Shown here one piece after another: positions 27,753-41,000 of a DNA stretch of 64,000 nt. How positions within the stretch are numbered: the first letter of the stretch is position 1; the number at the start of each line of letters is the position of its first letter. The DNA is from Azolla caroliniana. Taxonomy: Eukaryota; Plantae; Polypodiophyta. The stretch is taken from contig JBHGNT010000058.1 of assembly GCA_043228905.1 (NCBI GenBank), positions 98,067 through 162,066 on the forward strand, written 5' to 3'. The notes under the pieces are model-generated. The model was given only the letters and a program-made list of their open reading frames with translations. It did no database searches and had not been told where the DNA came from. The position numbers and the translations under genes were made by a program.

Positions 27753-30632
27753 TGCGTATGTTTTAGTAGTACATGACAGTAGAATGAAATTGCACAGGTA
27801 ACATCAAACTGAAGAATAGAATATAACGTTAATCTAAATTGATAAAGTTTTATATTATATACCTGTGTCAGAAAACTAATCTAAAACCCATTGAAAATTT
27901 GAAACCATAAAATTTGAAAAAATAAAAAATCTTGGATTTTTAATTGGAATCCAATGCGATGCACTAGATTTCAGTTGAAAATCCAAGTTTTTTTTTTTTT
28001 GTAATTTTTAAAATTTTTTCCATTAAAAAATAAAAAATGGATTTTCAACTAAAATACTATGCACTACATTATATTTTAGTATATATAGCTAGAATCTAAT
28101 GCAATGCGTTGGATTAGAGTCGAAAATCCATTTTTCTTTTTTCTTTTTCCAATGTTATTTATTTATTTATTTTCCATATAAAATAATAATAAACGGCTTT
28201 TCAACTGAAATCCGATACACTACATCAGATCTTAGTCTATACAGCTAGACATTGATGCATTGCATCAGATTTTAGCTGGCAATCCTCTTTCTTTTCAATT
28301 GTTTTTTATTTTTTCAAAAAATAAATAAAAATATATTAGAAAAGTGGATTTGCAACTGAAATCTAATGCACTACATCGAATTTCAATTAAAAATCCAAAT
28401 TTCTTTTAGGTTTTTCATAAAACAATGAGATAATAAAAAAATATTACATTTTCAACAAAATCTGAACCATTGAGTCGGATTTCAATTGCAAATTAATGTT
28501 TTATGAAAAAACATAAGAAAAATATTGGACTTGCAATGGAAATCTGATGCACTGCATCGGATTTCTGTTGAAACTCAATGATTTTGAACGGAAATCCGAT
28601 GCAGTGCATCGGATTTCCATTGAAAATCCTGTTGAAAATGATGTGTTTTCAACGGGAATCCGATGCAGTGCATCGGATTCCCGTTGAAAACACATCATTT
28701 TAAATGGAGAAAATCACAATCTGTTTATTTTTAACACTTTTTTAGAGAAAAATATAAACAAATAAGAAAATTTGTAAACAAACAAGAAAACGTGGACTTT
28801 CAATGGAAATCCGATGCAGTGCATCGGATTCCCGTTGAAAATCCATCTTTTTCAATTCCTATATATTTATTTATGATAAAAACAAAAACAATTCAAAACA
28901 AATACAAAAAGAAAGTCAAAATATCTGAAAAATTGGAAACAAATAAGACAAAATGGATTTTCAATAGAAATCCGATGTAGTGCATCGGATTTCTCTAGAA
29001 AACCCATCTTTTGCAATTTTTATTTATTTACTTATGGGAAAAAATGAAAAAAAATTTAAAAAATACAAAACAATATTTTAAAATATGAAAATTTGGTAAC
29101 AAATAGCAAAAAATTGACTTTCAATACAAATCCGATGCAATAAATCGGATTTCCTTTGAAAATTCATTTTTTCAATTTTTATATAGTTATTTATGAGAAA
29201 ATAGACAAACAAAATACCAAAAAAATTCTAAAAACTATGAAAATTTGGAAATTTTCCATTGAAAATCAATTTTTTCAATATTTATTTATTTTTTATAGAA
29301 AAAATTCAAAAAAATTCAAAAAAAAAGCAAATTTGGGAAAAAATATGTAAAAGTGGACTTTCAACCAAAATCCGATGTAGTGCATCGGATTTCCGTTGAA
29401 AATCCATTTTTTCAATTTTTATTTATTTTTTTATGGGAAAAATAAAAACAAATTCAAAAAAAATTCAAAAAATAAGAAAATTTTCAAAAAAATAACAAAA
29501 ATTGGATTTTCAATTGAATCCGATGCACGGAATTGGATTTCCATTGAAATCTAAAATTTCAATTTTTATTTATTTATTTATGAGTAAAATAAAAAATGTT
29601 TATTTATTTATTTATGGGAAAATGTTTTATTTTTTCAATTTGTATTTATTTATGTATTTTCAGGAAATCCATGCAATGTATTATATTTTAGTCTATGTAG
29701 CTAGAATTCAATGCAATGCATTAAAATGCAAGAGTATTTTTTTAATGGAAATTTTTAAAAAAATTCCAAGACTTACAGGAATCTGATGCATTATATCCAA
29801 TTCTAGATGTATAGAGTAAAATTCGACATGTTGCGTCAAATCTAGATGGAATGAATCGGATTTCTGTACGACATCAAAGGCTTACTATGAGAATCTAAGA
29901 AAAATGGAAAACATCTTTAAGACATTTTTTAGATTCTAATGATTTTGGTAGAAAGCTTCTCTCACATAATCTAATCTTGTAAATGGAAAGTACATAATGA
30001 AATATCATAACGAAAAAGTGAGGAGGAAAGATGCATCAAGCACATCTACTCTTACATTGGATAATGTTTATATATTAGTTTATGACTTATCTTTGACCAA
30101 AACAAGTTATCTATGACAGACCACAATGAAGATACAAAAAGAGGATCTGGAATGTGGCTTCAGACACAACACAAAGACAAACAATAAGCATGACTCATAA
30201 ACTCGATGAGGTTGGATTGCAATTGGATCAACACAATGCATTAGTTTCCATTGATGATGAGGATGAGACCTCATAAACTCGTACTAGTTCATCTAATGGG
30301 TATGAAGATGATGACATAAACTTGAAAAATGATTGCCCTAATACGTTAACTATAAATATTGTATTGCACATCAAGATTTGGAATCAGAATTTCTATAAAT
30401 ATTGGGGTTAGTCATTTTGGACATTCATTTGTAAGTTTGGCATGTCCATTATTTAGGCATTGTTTTGAACACCTAAAATTCCGTACATGCTAAAAATCAA
30501 TATATTTTTGGGTCATTTTTAAAATTCCTTTACGCATGCGGCACACCTTTTTGTGAATCACCCTAATTTGTGTGATTTTTTTATGGACAGTTCTCAAAAT
30601 GCGACATATTACCTGTTTCAAATGTCCCGGTG
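27753..30632. mobile_element. AT-rich insert, probable non-autonomous or decayed DNA transposon fragment with one surviving end
   Basis: Non-satellite sequence with a sharp right junction (...AATGTCCCGGTG | TTTATTTG; reverse complement starts CACCGGG). No matching left TIR, no TSD and no transposase ORF. Confidence 0.5.
27934..29870. repeat. Array of ~45-50 bp palindromic units, consensus GGATTTTCAACGGAAATCCGATGCA(C/G)TGCATCGGATTTCCGTTGAAAATCC
   Basis: More than 15 variably decayed units in A/T-run spacers; perfect 67-bp palindrome at 28635-28701. Confidence 0.9.
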
Positions 30633-33600
30633 TTTATTTGTAGCAAAGCACTAAAATAGTACATTAACTAATTTATTTACTAAATGAATTCCATTGTAAT
30701 CCAGTTGTCTCGAATTGTAGATTTTTACTTGAAACGTGCGGGGACAAGTACAGGCATAGGAAAAACTAGATACATTATATATCATGAGTTAATGTGGCAT
30801 CGATAAAAGCCCGTGAAATTATTAAATCTTAAAAACGAGAGTTTGTTAGAATAATCCTCTGTTTCTTGTTGATGCTTGCGCAATATATAAATATTATTTA
30901 TTACTGATCAATGATTGCAATATTAAAAACTGTACAAGATGTAATCCATTGAAGTCTAGTTGGTCAGAATACTCGACTCTCACGCGAGATACCCGTGTTC
31001 AACTCTTTGCAATAGAAAGGACAATATCATATATAAAATTTTGCGACGAATGTCATGCGTTAACTGTTTGATAACTCAAAAACTTAAGACGTAAAGTAGT
31101 TACAATAATGTACAATTACCAAAATAATCATTATTATGTTGGAAGGATTGATAAAGAACTTTGCTTTGATTTTTTTCTCCGCACATCAATTTCTACACTT
31201 AATACGAATATTCAATTAATAGTAGAGGTTTCTAATGAGCTTTGACAAACGATTATGTGGTTTGGGACAAGGAGAAGAAGTATATTTAGTCGTGGTTATT
31301 CCTCAACATTGTTACGACAAAGTAGTACACCAAGAATTATAGTTTGGATAATTTGATACAATTTCCAAAAATGCGCATAGATTGTCGAATAATGGTGAAT
31401 TCTCGATGAGCATCGCACCATGTTTCTTGATTTGAAGTAAAGTACTAAAATATTATATTACCTAATTCATTTACTAAAAGAATTCCAGTGTAGTTTAGTT
31501 GGTTCGTATCTTTGTTTTTTACATGAGACTCCCGGGTACAACAATTGGCATTGGAAAAACTAGCTACATCATAGATCATGAGTTAATATCACATCAATAA
31601 AAACCATTGAAATTCTTAAATCCTAAAAACGAGAGTCTGTTAGAATAGTCCTCAGTTTCTCGGTGATGCTTGCGCAACATATAAATATTATTTATTACGA
31701 ATGGATGATTGCAATATTAAAAAGTACACAAGATATGATACATTATAGTCCAGTTGGTTAGGATACTCGGCTCTCACCCGAGAGACCCGGTTTCAACTCC
31801 CGGCAATGGAAACGAAAATATTGTATATTAAATTTCCGACGCATATGTTTTGTTAATTGTTTGATAACTCAAAAACTCAAGACCTAAAGTAGATGTTCCA
31901 ATAATGTACAATTAACAAGATAACCAATATTATGTGTGAAGGATTGATGACGAACTTTGCTTTGATATTTTTCTCCTAACATCAATTTCTAAACTTAATC
32001 CAATTATTCAATTAATAGTAGAGGTTTCAAATGAAATTTGACAAAAGATTATGTTGTTCGGGACCAGAAGAAGCAGTATATTTAGTCGTCGTTATTTCTC
32101 AACATGGTTACGACAAATTAGTACACCGACAATTATAGTTTGGATAACTCAATAGAATTTCAAACAATACGCATAGGTTGTAGAATAATGGTCAACTGTC
32201 GATGAGCATTGCACCAGGTTTCTTTATTTGTAATAGAGGACTAGAATATTATATTAACTAATTTATTTACTAAATGAATTCCATTGTAATCAAGTCGAGT
32301 ATAAATCGTTGATTTATACTCGAAATGTGCGGGTACAAGTACAAGCATAGGAAAAACTAGATACATTATATATCATGAGTTAATGTGGCATCGATAAAAA
32401 CCCCAGAAATTATTAAATCTTAAAAACGAGAGTATGTTAGAATAATCCTCTGTTTCTTGTTGATGCTTGCGCAATATATAAATATTATTTATTACTAATC
32501 AATGATTGCAATATTAAAAAGTGTACAAGATGTAATCCATTGAAGTCTAGTTGGTTAGAATACTCGGTTCCTTGCTGTTTACCTGAGACGCCCGGGTACA
32601 ACTAGATATATCAGATATACTGAGTTAATGTGGCATCGAGAAAAACCCTTGAAATTATTTAATCTTAAAAACGAGTGTGGTAGAATAGTCCTCTGTTTCT
32701 CGTTCATGCTTGCGTAAAATATAAATATTATTTATTTGTAATCAACGATTGCAATATTAAAAAGCACACAAAATGTGATCCATTGTAGTCTAGTTGGTTA
32801 GGATACTCGGCTCTCACCCGAGAGTTCCGGGTTCAACTACCGGCAATGGAAACGACAATGTCATATATTAAATTTCCGACACATATAATGCGTTATCTGT
32901 TTGATAACTCCAAAACTCAAGACCTAAAGTAAATGTTACAATAATGTGCAATTAACAAAATAATCAATATTATGTTTGAAGGATTGATGATGAACTTTAC
33001 TTTGATTGAAGGATCGATAGAAACCCATGAAATTATTAAATCTTAAAAACAAGATTGTGTTAGAATAATCCTGTGTTTCTTGTAGATGCTTGCACAATAT
33101 ATAATGTTTTTTTTTCTTCTTCTAACATCAATTTCTAAACTTAATCCCATTATTCGATTAATGGTAGAGGTTTCAACTGAAATTGGACAAAACATTATGT
33201 TGTTCAGGATAACAAGAAGTAGTATATTTGGTTCGTATCCTTGTTTTTTACACGAGACTCCCGGGTAAAACAATTGGCATTGGAAAAACTAGCTATATCA
33301 TAGATCATGAGTTAATATCACATCAATAAAAACCATTGAAATTCTTAAATCCTAAAAACGAGAGTCTGTTAGAATAGTCCTCAGTTTCTCGGAGACGCTT
33401 GCGCAACATATAAATATTATTTATTACGAATGAATGATTGCAATATTAAAAAGTACACAAGATATGATACATTACAGTCTAGTTGGTTAGGATACTCGGC
33501 TCTCACCCGAGAGACCTGGTTTCAACTCCCGGCAATGGAAACGAAAATATTATATATTAAATTTCCGACGCATATGTTTTGTTAACTGTTTGATAACTCA

Positions 33601-36600
33601 AAAACTCAAGACCTAAAGTAGATGTTCCAATAATGTACAATTAACGAGATAACCAATATTATGTGTGAAGGATTGATGACGAACTTTGCTTTGATATTTT
33701 TCTCCTAACATCAATTTCTAAACTTAATCCAATTATTCAATTAATAGTAGAGGTTTCAAATGAAATTTGACAAAAGATTATGTTGTTCGGGACCAGAAGA
33801 AGCAGTATATTTAGTCGTCGTTATTTCTCAACATGGTTACGACAAATTAGTACACCGACAATTATAGTTTGCATAACTCAATAGAATTTCAAACAATACG
33901 CATAGGTTGTAGAATAATGGTCAACTGTCGATGAGCATTGCACCATATTTCTTTATTTATATTAACTAATTTATTTACTAAATGAATTCCATTGTAATCA
34001 AGTCGAGTATAGATCGTTGATTTATACTCGAAACGAGAGTATGTTAGAATAATCCTTGAAATTATTCAATCCCTTCAAAAACCCTTGAAATTAGAGTATG
34101 AAAAACCCTTGAAATTATTCAATCTTAAAAACGAGAGTGTGGTAGAATAGTCCTCTGTTTCTCGTTCATGCTTGCGTAAAATATAAATATTATTTATTTC
34201 TAATCAATGATTGCAATATTAAAAAGCACACAAAATGTGATCCATTGTAGTCTGGTTGGTTAGGATACTCGGGTCTCACCCGAGAGACACGGGATCAACT
34301 CCCGGCAATGGAAACAACTATATCATATATTAAATTTCCGACGGATATCATCTGTTAACTGTTTGATAACTGAAAAACTCAACTTGCCTCGGTACATTAA
34401 CTAATTCATTAACAAAGGACTAGAATGGTATATTGTAATAAAGTTGTCTCAGATGCTTACTTTTTACCTGGGATGCCCTACTACAAGTAGACATATCATA
34501 TATCATGAGTTAATGTGGCATCGATAAAAACCCTTGAAATTATTAAATCCTAAAAACGGTAGTGTGTTAGAATAATCCTCAGTTTTTCATTGATGCTTGC
34601 ACAATATATAAATATTATTTATTTCTAAGCAATTATAGCAATATTAAAAAACCCACAAGATGTGATCCATTGTAGTCTAGTTGGTTAGGATGCTCGGCTC
34701 TCACCCGAGAGACCCGTGTTCAACTCCTGACAATGGAATAGACAATATCATATATCGAATTTGGCGACGCATGTCATGTGTGTACTATTTAATAACTCAA
34801 AAACTCAAGCCCTAAAGTAGATCTTACAATAATGTACAATTAACAAAATAATTAATATTATGTTTGAAGGATTGACAAAGAACTTTACTTTAATTGTTTT
34901 CTCCTAACATCAATTTCTAAATTTAATCCCGTTATTCGATTAATGGTAGAGGTTTCGAATGAAATTGGACCAAACATTATGTTGTTCGGGACAACAAGAA
35001 GCACTATATTTAGTTGTGGTTATTCGTCAACATTGGTACGATAAATTAGTACACCAAACATTATAGTTTGGATAACTCGATACAATTTCAAACAATACGC
35101 ATAGATTGCAGAATAATGGTCAACTGTTGATGACTATTGCACCATGTTTCTTTATATGTAACAAAGGACTAGAATGGTACATTAACTAAATTCCATTGTA
35201 ATTAAATTGCCTCGGATCCTTGCGTTTTACCTGTGATGCCCGGGTACAAATAGATATATCATATATCATGAGTTAATGTGGCAGTGATAAAAACCCTTGA
35301 AATTTGTAAATCTTAAAAACGAGAGTGTGTTAGAACAATCTTGAGTTTTTTCTTGATGCTTCCACAAAATATAAATAGTATTTATTTCTAATCAACGATT
35401 GTAATATTACAAAGCACACAAAATATGATCCATTGTACTTTAGTTCGTTAGGATACTCAGCTCTCACCCGAGAGATCCGGGTTCAACTCCCCACAATAGA
35501 AACGACAATATCATATCTTAAATTTTTGACGCATATCATGTGTTAACTGTTTGATAACTCAATAACTCAAGACCTAAAGTAGGTGTTACAATAATGTACA
35601 ATTAACAAAATAATCAATATTATGTTTGAAGGATTGATAAAGAACTTTACTTTGATTTTTTCCTCCTAACATCAATTTGTAAACTTAATCCCATTATTCC
35701 ATTAATGGTAATGGTAATCAAGTTGCCTTTAATCGTTGATTTTTACCCAAGCCGCACGGTTACAAGCACAGGCATAGGAAAAACTAGATACATCATAGAT
35801 GATGAGTAAATTTCGCATTGATAAAAACCAGTGAAATTATTAAATCTTAACACGAATAGTGTGTTAGAATAATCCACTGTTTCTTGTTGATGCTTGCGCA
35901 ATATGTAAATATTATTTATTACTAATCAATGAATGCAATATTAAAAACTCTGCAATATGTGATCCGTTGAAGTCTAGTCGGTTAGAATACTCGGCTCTCA
36001 CCTGACAAACCCGGGTTCAACTCCTGGCAATGAAAATGACAATATCATGTATTAAATTTCTGACGCATATCTTGTGTGAACTGTTTGATTACTCAAAAAC
36101 TCAAGACCTAAAGTAGATGTTACAATAATGTACAATTACCAAAAATATGCATAGATTGTAGAATAATGGTGAACTCTCGATCAACATTGCACCATATTTC
36201 TTTGCTTGAACCAAAGCACTAGAATATTACATTAACTAATTAATTTACTAAATAAATTCCATTGTAGTCTAGTTGGTTCGGATCCTTGTTTTTTTACACA
36301 TAGATTGCAGAATAATGGTCAACTGTCGAGAGACCCGGGTTTAACTCCCACCAATAGAAAAGACAATATCATATATCATATTTTGCGATGCATGTCAAGT
36401 GTTAAGTGTTCGATAACTCAAAAAGTGAAGACCTAACATTATTTTTGTTCGGGATAACAATATGCAGTATATTTAGTTCCGGTTATTCCACAACTTTCTT
36501 ACGACAAATTAGTACACCAACAATATAGTTTGGATAACTCGATAGAATTTCAAACAATACGCATAGATTGCAGAATAATGATCAACTTTCAATGATTATT

Positions 36601-36717
36601 GCACCATGTTTCTTTATTTCTAACAAAGGACTAAAATGGTACATTAACTAAGTCATTTACTAAATGATTACCATTGTAATCTAGTTGCCTCGGATCCTTG
36701 CTTTTGACCTGAGACGC
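30633..36717 (+). repeat. tRNA-Glu-derived satellite, block 3
   Basis: tRNA-like starts at 30945, 31739 and 32536 give periods of 794 and 797 bp, the best full-length monomers seen. Confidence 0.95.
32779..32851 (+). tRNA. tRNA-Glu(CTC)-like copy, among the best preserved
   Basis: Acceptor, D and anticodon arms match the consensus. AC>TT in the variable loop and C61>A breaks the G53:C61 pair. Confidence 0.75.
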
Positions 36718-38010
36718 TGTCGTGTGAATCTTCACACACTATGTAAAAAAATAATGAAATAATTATTATAGATTAGATTAGTAGCTTACTATAGAAAGAT
36801 GGATATACTCAAGAGCTTCAAAATGTATTTTACTATATACAAAATGGAGAAATACATATCAAGTTATAAGAAAATAAAGTTTGAAAAGATAGGGAAATTA
36901 GAACTATCCCACATAGATAGAAAACTTAAGGCCTTGGCTATATAAGCACCTTGAGCTCCCTTTTTCATTTCTGCTAAGAGCACTTTGGCCACTTTGTCTT
37001 GATGGATGATGGTGGCCAAATTCCCTAAAATTGGAAATTGGTTGGTAAGCAAATCCGGAAAATGGGTCCGGTAAGCAAATCTAGAAACCGGCTAGTATGC
37101 AAACCGGAAACCGGCCGGTATGCAAAACCGGAACCGGAACCGGCAAGCAAAACCAGAACCGACCGGTAAGCAAAACCGGAACCGGAACCGGTATGCAAAC
37201 CGGAACCGGAAATCGACCGGCAAGCAAAACCGATATCGATCGGTAAGCAAAACCGGAACCGAAACCGGTATGCAAACCGGAACCGACCGGCAAGCAAACC
37301 GGAACTGTAACTGGAACCGGCCGGCAAGCAAAATGGAACCGGCCGGCAAGGGATTCAGCGATCGGGCGGAACTGGCAACCGTACGAGGTTGGGCGCAAAT
37401 TGAACGGATAAAAGGATCATGTGGCTATTTAAAGAAAGGTAAAAGAGACTAAAGTAAAGGTCAAGTGGACGGTTGCATGCAAGTAAAGAAAAAGCCATGC
37501 AACTAAAAATAGATTCAACGAAAAGAAAAGCTATGCAACTAAAAGTAGAAGCCATGCAACAAAAAGTGGAGGTATATGATCAACGAGGAAGTCCATATAT
37601 AATTCCATTTCTTTTCCTATACTCAGAAGCTCTCTCCATATTATCTCGATTATTTTTCTTTTCCTTCTCAACTCCCTTATCTTAGGGAAGCTATCTCTCA
37701 AGTAAACCATAATTTCCATACGGAAGCAATCTCTCAAAATCCAAAATTCCTTGTCAAAGCCATATCACTCAAGAATCATAATCTCTTATTTCCTCTAATC
37801 TATTATTCTAATCATCTCCATAAGATAAAACTTTTGTAATCCCAATCTTGAGATTGATTATAATCTTTCTTTCCATTTATTAATGAAATTTGTGAATCTT
37901 TATCATTTTGTATTAATTGTTTAATATAATCATACGAATCTGATATCTTCTGGTCGAAGGCCCCGGGGTCCTGCCTCAAGTTCGCGTATCCTCGTCGTAT
38001 TTTCGCGACA
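36718..38010 (+). mobile_element. Solo LTR, 1293 bp
   Basis: TGTCG...CGACA termini; 4-bp TSD ACGC at 36714-36717 and 38011-38014; satellite is continuous across it; no coding sequence. Strand inferred from the shared 5' motif CACACTATGT with the LTR at 60397. Confidence 0.88.
37050..37350. repeat. AACCGG-based minisatellite inside the solo LTR
   Basis: Repeated GCAAA(A)CCGGAACCGG(AACCGG) units; explains the low-complexity ORFs in the track. Confidence 0.9.
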
Positions 38011-41000
38011 ACGCCCGGGTACAAGTAGATATATCCTATATCATGAGTTAATATGGCATTGATAAAAACCCTTGAAATTATTAAATCTTACAAAAAGAGA
38101 TTGTGTTAGAATAATCATCAGTTTTTTGTTGATGCTTGCGCAATATATAAATATTATTTATTTCTCATCAATGATAGCAAGATTAAAAAGCACACAAGAT
38201 GTGATCCACGATAGTCTAGTTGGTTAGGATACTCGGTCCTCACTTGAGAGACCCGAGTTCAACTCCCGGGAATGGAAATGACAATATCATATATTAAATT
38301 TTCGACGCATATCATGTGTTAACTGTTTGATAACTCAAAAACTCAAGTCCTAAAGTAGGTATTACAATAATGTACAATTAAAAAAACCATCAACTTTATG
38401 TTTCAACAATTGATGACGAGCTTTACTTTGATTTTGTTCTCCTAACATCAATTTCTAAACTTAATTCCATTATTCTATTAATGGTAGAGGTTTGGAAAGA
38501 AATTGGACAAAACATTATGTTGTTCGGGACAACAAGAAGAAGAAAATATTTTATGGTTATTCCTCAACATTATTACGATAAATTAGTACACCAACAATTA
38601 TAGTTTAGATAACTTGATACAATTTCAAACAATACGCATAGATTGCAGAATAACTCTTTGATAACTCAAAAACTCAAGACCTAAAGTAGATGTTATAATA
38701 ATGTACAATTAATAAAATAATCAATATTATGTTTGAAGGATTGATGACGAACATTGCTTTCCTTTTTTTCTCCTAACATCCATTTCTAAACTTAATCCCA
38801 TTATTCAATTAATAGTAGAGGTTTCAAATGAAATTTGACAAAATATTATGTTGTTCAGGACAAGAAGAAGCAATATATTTAGTCGTGGTTATTTCTCAAC
38901 ATGGTCATGACAAATTAGTACACCGACAATTATAGTTTGGATAACTTGATAGAATTTCCAAAAATACGCATAGATTGTAGAATAATGGTGAACTCTCAAT
39001 CAACATTGCACCATATTTCTTTAATTGAACCAAAGCACTAGAATATTACATTAACTAACTCATTTACTAAATGAATTCCATTGTAGTCTAGTTGGTTCAG
39101 ATCCATTATTTTTACACGAGACTCCCGGGTACAGCAATTGGCATGGGAGAAACTAGATACATCATAGATCTAGAGTTAATATCGGATCAATGGAAACCCT
39201 TGAAATTATTAAATCTTATAACCGAGAGTGTGTTAGAATAATCCTTTGTTTCTCGTTGATGCTTGCGCAATATATAAATATTATTTATTAGTAATCAATG
39301 ATTGCAATATTGAAAAGTACACAAGATATAATCTATTGTAGTCTAGTTGGTTAGGATACTAGGCTCACCCGAGAGACCCGGGTTCAACACCCGACAATGG
39401 AAACGACAATATCATATATTAAATTTCCGACGCATATCATGTTTTAATTGTTTGATAACTCAAAAACTCAAGATTATGTTTGAAGCATTGACGACAAACT
39501 TTCCTCGATCAACATTGCAAAAATACGCATAGATTGTAGAATAATAGTGAATTCTCGATCAACATTGCAACATATTTCTTTATTTGAAGCAAAGCACTAG
39601 AATATTACGTTTAGTAATTCATTTACTAAAGTAATTTCATTGTAGTCTCCTTGGTTGGGATCCTTGTTTTTTACACGAGACTCCCGGGTACAACAATAGG
39701 CATTGGAAAACTAGAGTTGTGGTTATGGTTGTGGTTATTTGGTTGTGATTATTCGTCAACATTGGTACGACAAATTAGTACACCAGCAATTATAGTTTGG
39801 ATAACTCGATACAATTTCAAACAATACGAATAGAATACAAAATCATGTTCAACTGTCGACAAGCATTGCACCATGTTTCTCTATTTGTAGCGAAGCACTA
39901 GAATAGTACATTGACTAATTTATTTTCTAAATGAATTCCATTGTAATCAAGTTGCTTGGAATCGTTAATTTCTACTCGAAACGTGCAGGGACAAGTACAG
40001 GCATACTAAAAACTAAATACATTATATATCATGAGTGAATGTGGCATAGATAAAAACCCGTGAAATTAATAAATCTTAAAATTGAGAGTGTGTTAGAATA
40101 ATCCTTTGTTTCTTGTTGATGCTTGCGGAACATAGAAATCATATTTATTACTAATCAATGATTACAATATTAAAAAGTGCACAGGATGTGATACAATGTA
40201 GTGTAGTTGTTTAGGATACTCGGCTCTCAACCGAGAAACTTGGGTTTAATTCCCGGAAATGGAAAAGACAATATCATATATTAAACTTCCGACGCGTATC
40301 ATGTGTTAATTGTTTGATAACTCAAAAACTCAAGACCTAAAGTAGGCATTACAATAATGTTTTACACTAGACTCCCGGGTAGAACAATTAGCATGGGAAA
40401 AACTCGATACATCATAGATCATGAGTTAATATGACATCGATAAAAACCGTTGAAATTATTAAATCTTAAAAACGAGAGTGTGTTAGAATAATCCTCAGTT
40501 TCTAGTTGATGCTTGCGCACTATATAAATATTGTTTATTACTAATCAATCATTGCAACATTAGAAAGTATATGATCCATTGTAGTCGAGTCGGTTAGGAT
40601 ACTCGGCTCTCACCTGAGAGACCCGGGTTCAACTCCCCCTGCAATCGAAACGACAACATCATATATTAAATTTTCGACGAGATACTATGTTAACTGTTAG
40701 ATAACTCAAAAACTCTAGGCCTAAAGTAGATGTTACAATAATGTACAACTAACAAAATAATCAATATTATGTTTGAAGGATTGATGATGAACTTTACTTT
40801 CATTTTTTTCTCCTCATATAAATTTCTAAACTTCATGCCATTATTCAATTAATAGTAGAGGTTTCAAATGAAATTTGACAAAACATTATCTTGTTCGTGA
40901 CAAGAAGAAGCAGTATATTTAGTCGTGGTTATTTCTCAACATGGTTACGACAAATTAGTACACCGACTATTATAGTTTGGATAACTAGATAGAATTTCCA

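Noticed and set aside
28501-29786. Lys/Phe-rich ORFs
   Set aside because: Products of palindromic repeats and A/T runs.
27753-30632. Helitron
   Set aside because: No TC start, no CTRR end with a subterminal hairpin at either junction, and no Rep/helicase remnant seen.
37025-38024. Arg/Gly/Pro-rich and other ORFs in the solo LTR
   Set aside because: Translations of the AACCGG minisatellite and LTR sequence in several frames at once.
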